Shown: positions 63,663-64,000 of the stretch, in pieces
Position numbering within the stretch: the first letter of the stretch is position 1
How the letters are laid out: every line of letters starts with the position of its first letter
Origin: Euglena gracilis
Lineage: Eukaryota
Reading direction: 5' to 3'
DNA length: 64,000 bases
Assembly (NCBI GenBank): GCA_039621445.1
Contig: CP154954.1
Coordinates: forward strand, 15,642,140 to 15,706,139
Notes under the pieces: generated by a model
Database searches by the model: none
What the model was told of the DNA's origin: nothing
The model's input: only the letters and a program-made list of their open reading frames with translations
Position numbers and translations under genes: made by a program

Positions 63663-63872
63663 CACACACAGCAGACACCGCCACAACGCGTCCTGCATAC
63701 ACACAACACGCAACACTCGCACAGCACAACTCACAACACACACCAAAACATTATCCTTCAAAAGAAAGCTCATTCTTTGCATACTTGCCGCATCCCAGCG
63801 TCTTCCGCTTCTGCAATTATGCCTCCCTCTGGCTGCTGCGGACTGCCTTTGCGTCCATCGAGGATAACTACC
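49616..63872 (+). CDS. UFD2: Ubiquitin conjugation factor E4 (Ufd2/UBE4), partial; continues beyond the window
   Basis: Exons 49616-49688, 50367-50497 (YLCGCWQRC), 51124-51227, 53025-53130, 54039-54119, 54223-54264, 55201-55296 (GRVLEDTSLLGPFFGLS), 56089-56175, ~56278-56310 (uncertain), 56741-56857 (SREALLRWFAAVLNQNHERAKTQ), 57397-57455 (SSDCFMVN), 58173-58212, 58793-58891, 59423-59533 (FNTEAFFFAIHALHIG), 60963-61061, 63346-63411, ~63799-63872 (WLLR). These motifs match the Ufd2P core. The start codon was not located. Confidence 0.85.
50647..50807. mobile_element. PolyC/polyG-capped MITE family A (gggaaactgtca TIR, TA flanks); copies at 16789-17051 and 28708-28867, diverged at ~18990-19150 and ~23195-23313
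   Basis: TA-Cn-gggaaactgtca ... tgacggtttccc-Gn-TA, with internal ctgtcagggtccc repeats. Confidence 0.8.
52617..52872. repeat. (ATT)n microsatellite
   Basis: Direct inspection. It explains the poly-I and poly-L ORFs. Confidence 0.95.
55426..55473 (+). repeat. Interstitial telomere-like (TTAGGG)n tract
   Basis: ttagggttaggtttagggttagggttagggttagggttaggattaggg. Confidence 0.85.
57456..58172 (+). other. Nonconventional intron in UFD2
   Basis: atc-CGGGCGTT...AACGCCTG-atgct, with flanks atgctatc / atgctcac. Removal gives YVMLTLFDPV. Confidence 0.7.
59645..60107. mobile_element. Foldback element with long nested inverted arms including TTAGGG/CCCTAA units
   Basis: Outer TIR atatggcaggtgggaagt / acttcccacctgccatat. 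Inner arms tgggcacg..accactg and agggttaggatcggccggccgggg / ccccggccggccggtcctaaccct. Confidence 0.7.
60119..60214. repeat. (TCTG)n microsatellite
   Basis: Direct inspection. Confidence 0.95.
61690..62310. repeat. Degenerate C/A low-complexity tract (possibly low-quality consensus)
   Basis: Irregular CA/CCC runs. A similar tract lies at 63500-63745. Confidence 0.8.
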
Positions 63873-64000
63873 AGTGTGCCCCCCGTGCTTGTTCTGTGCT
63901 TTTTCTGTTTCTCCCCTTCGCCAACGCAATGGCTCGGATTCACCTCCCTGGACATTCAGTGAGTCATTGCGCCACAAATTTTCGATAACATCCAAAAGCA

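Noticed and set aside
1-64000. tRNA, rRNA or prokaryotic operon/defence system
   Set aside because: No such signatures were seen. The window is intron-rich eukaryotic DNA.

Overview
This is eukaryotic nuclear DNA, almost certainly from a euglenid (Euglena gracilis-like), based on intron style, TTAGGG repeats and an SL-type acceptor. Three + strand multi-exon genes were reconstructed by hand. (1) A 5'-partial membrane receptor-type class III adenylate cyclase (~75-27839, about 29 exons) in which every intron I could resolve is a euglenid nonconventional (non-GT-AG, terminal-stem) intron. (2) An LSM14/Scd6 gene (40121-~45025) with GT-AG introns. (3) A partial UFD2/UBE4 ubiquitin E4 gene (~49616 to the window end) with mostly GT-AG introns, one GC-AG intron and at least one nonconventional intron. 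Introns and spacers are packed with MITE-like inverted-repeat elements of two classes: CAG...CTG-ended with 8-bp target-site duplications (TSDs), and polyC/polyG-ended with TA flanks. Main observation: several nonconventional introns are themselves complete MITEs with 8-bp TSDs, and the N3-CAG...CTG-N5 splice geometry removes the element plus exactly one TSD copy. This suggests an introner-like system that generates nonconventional introns. Nearly all ORF-track entries are spurious. Exon boundaries are inferred without RNA data.
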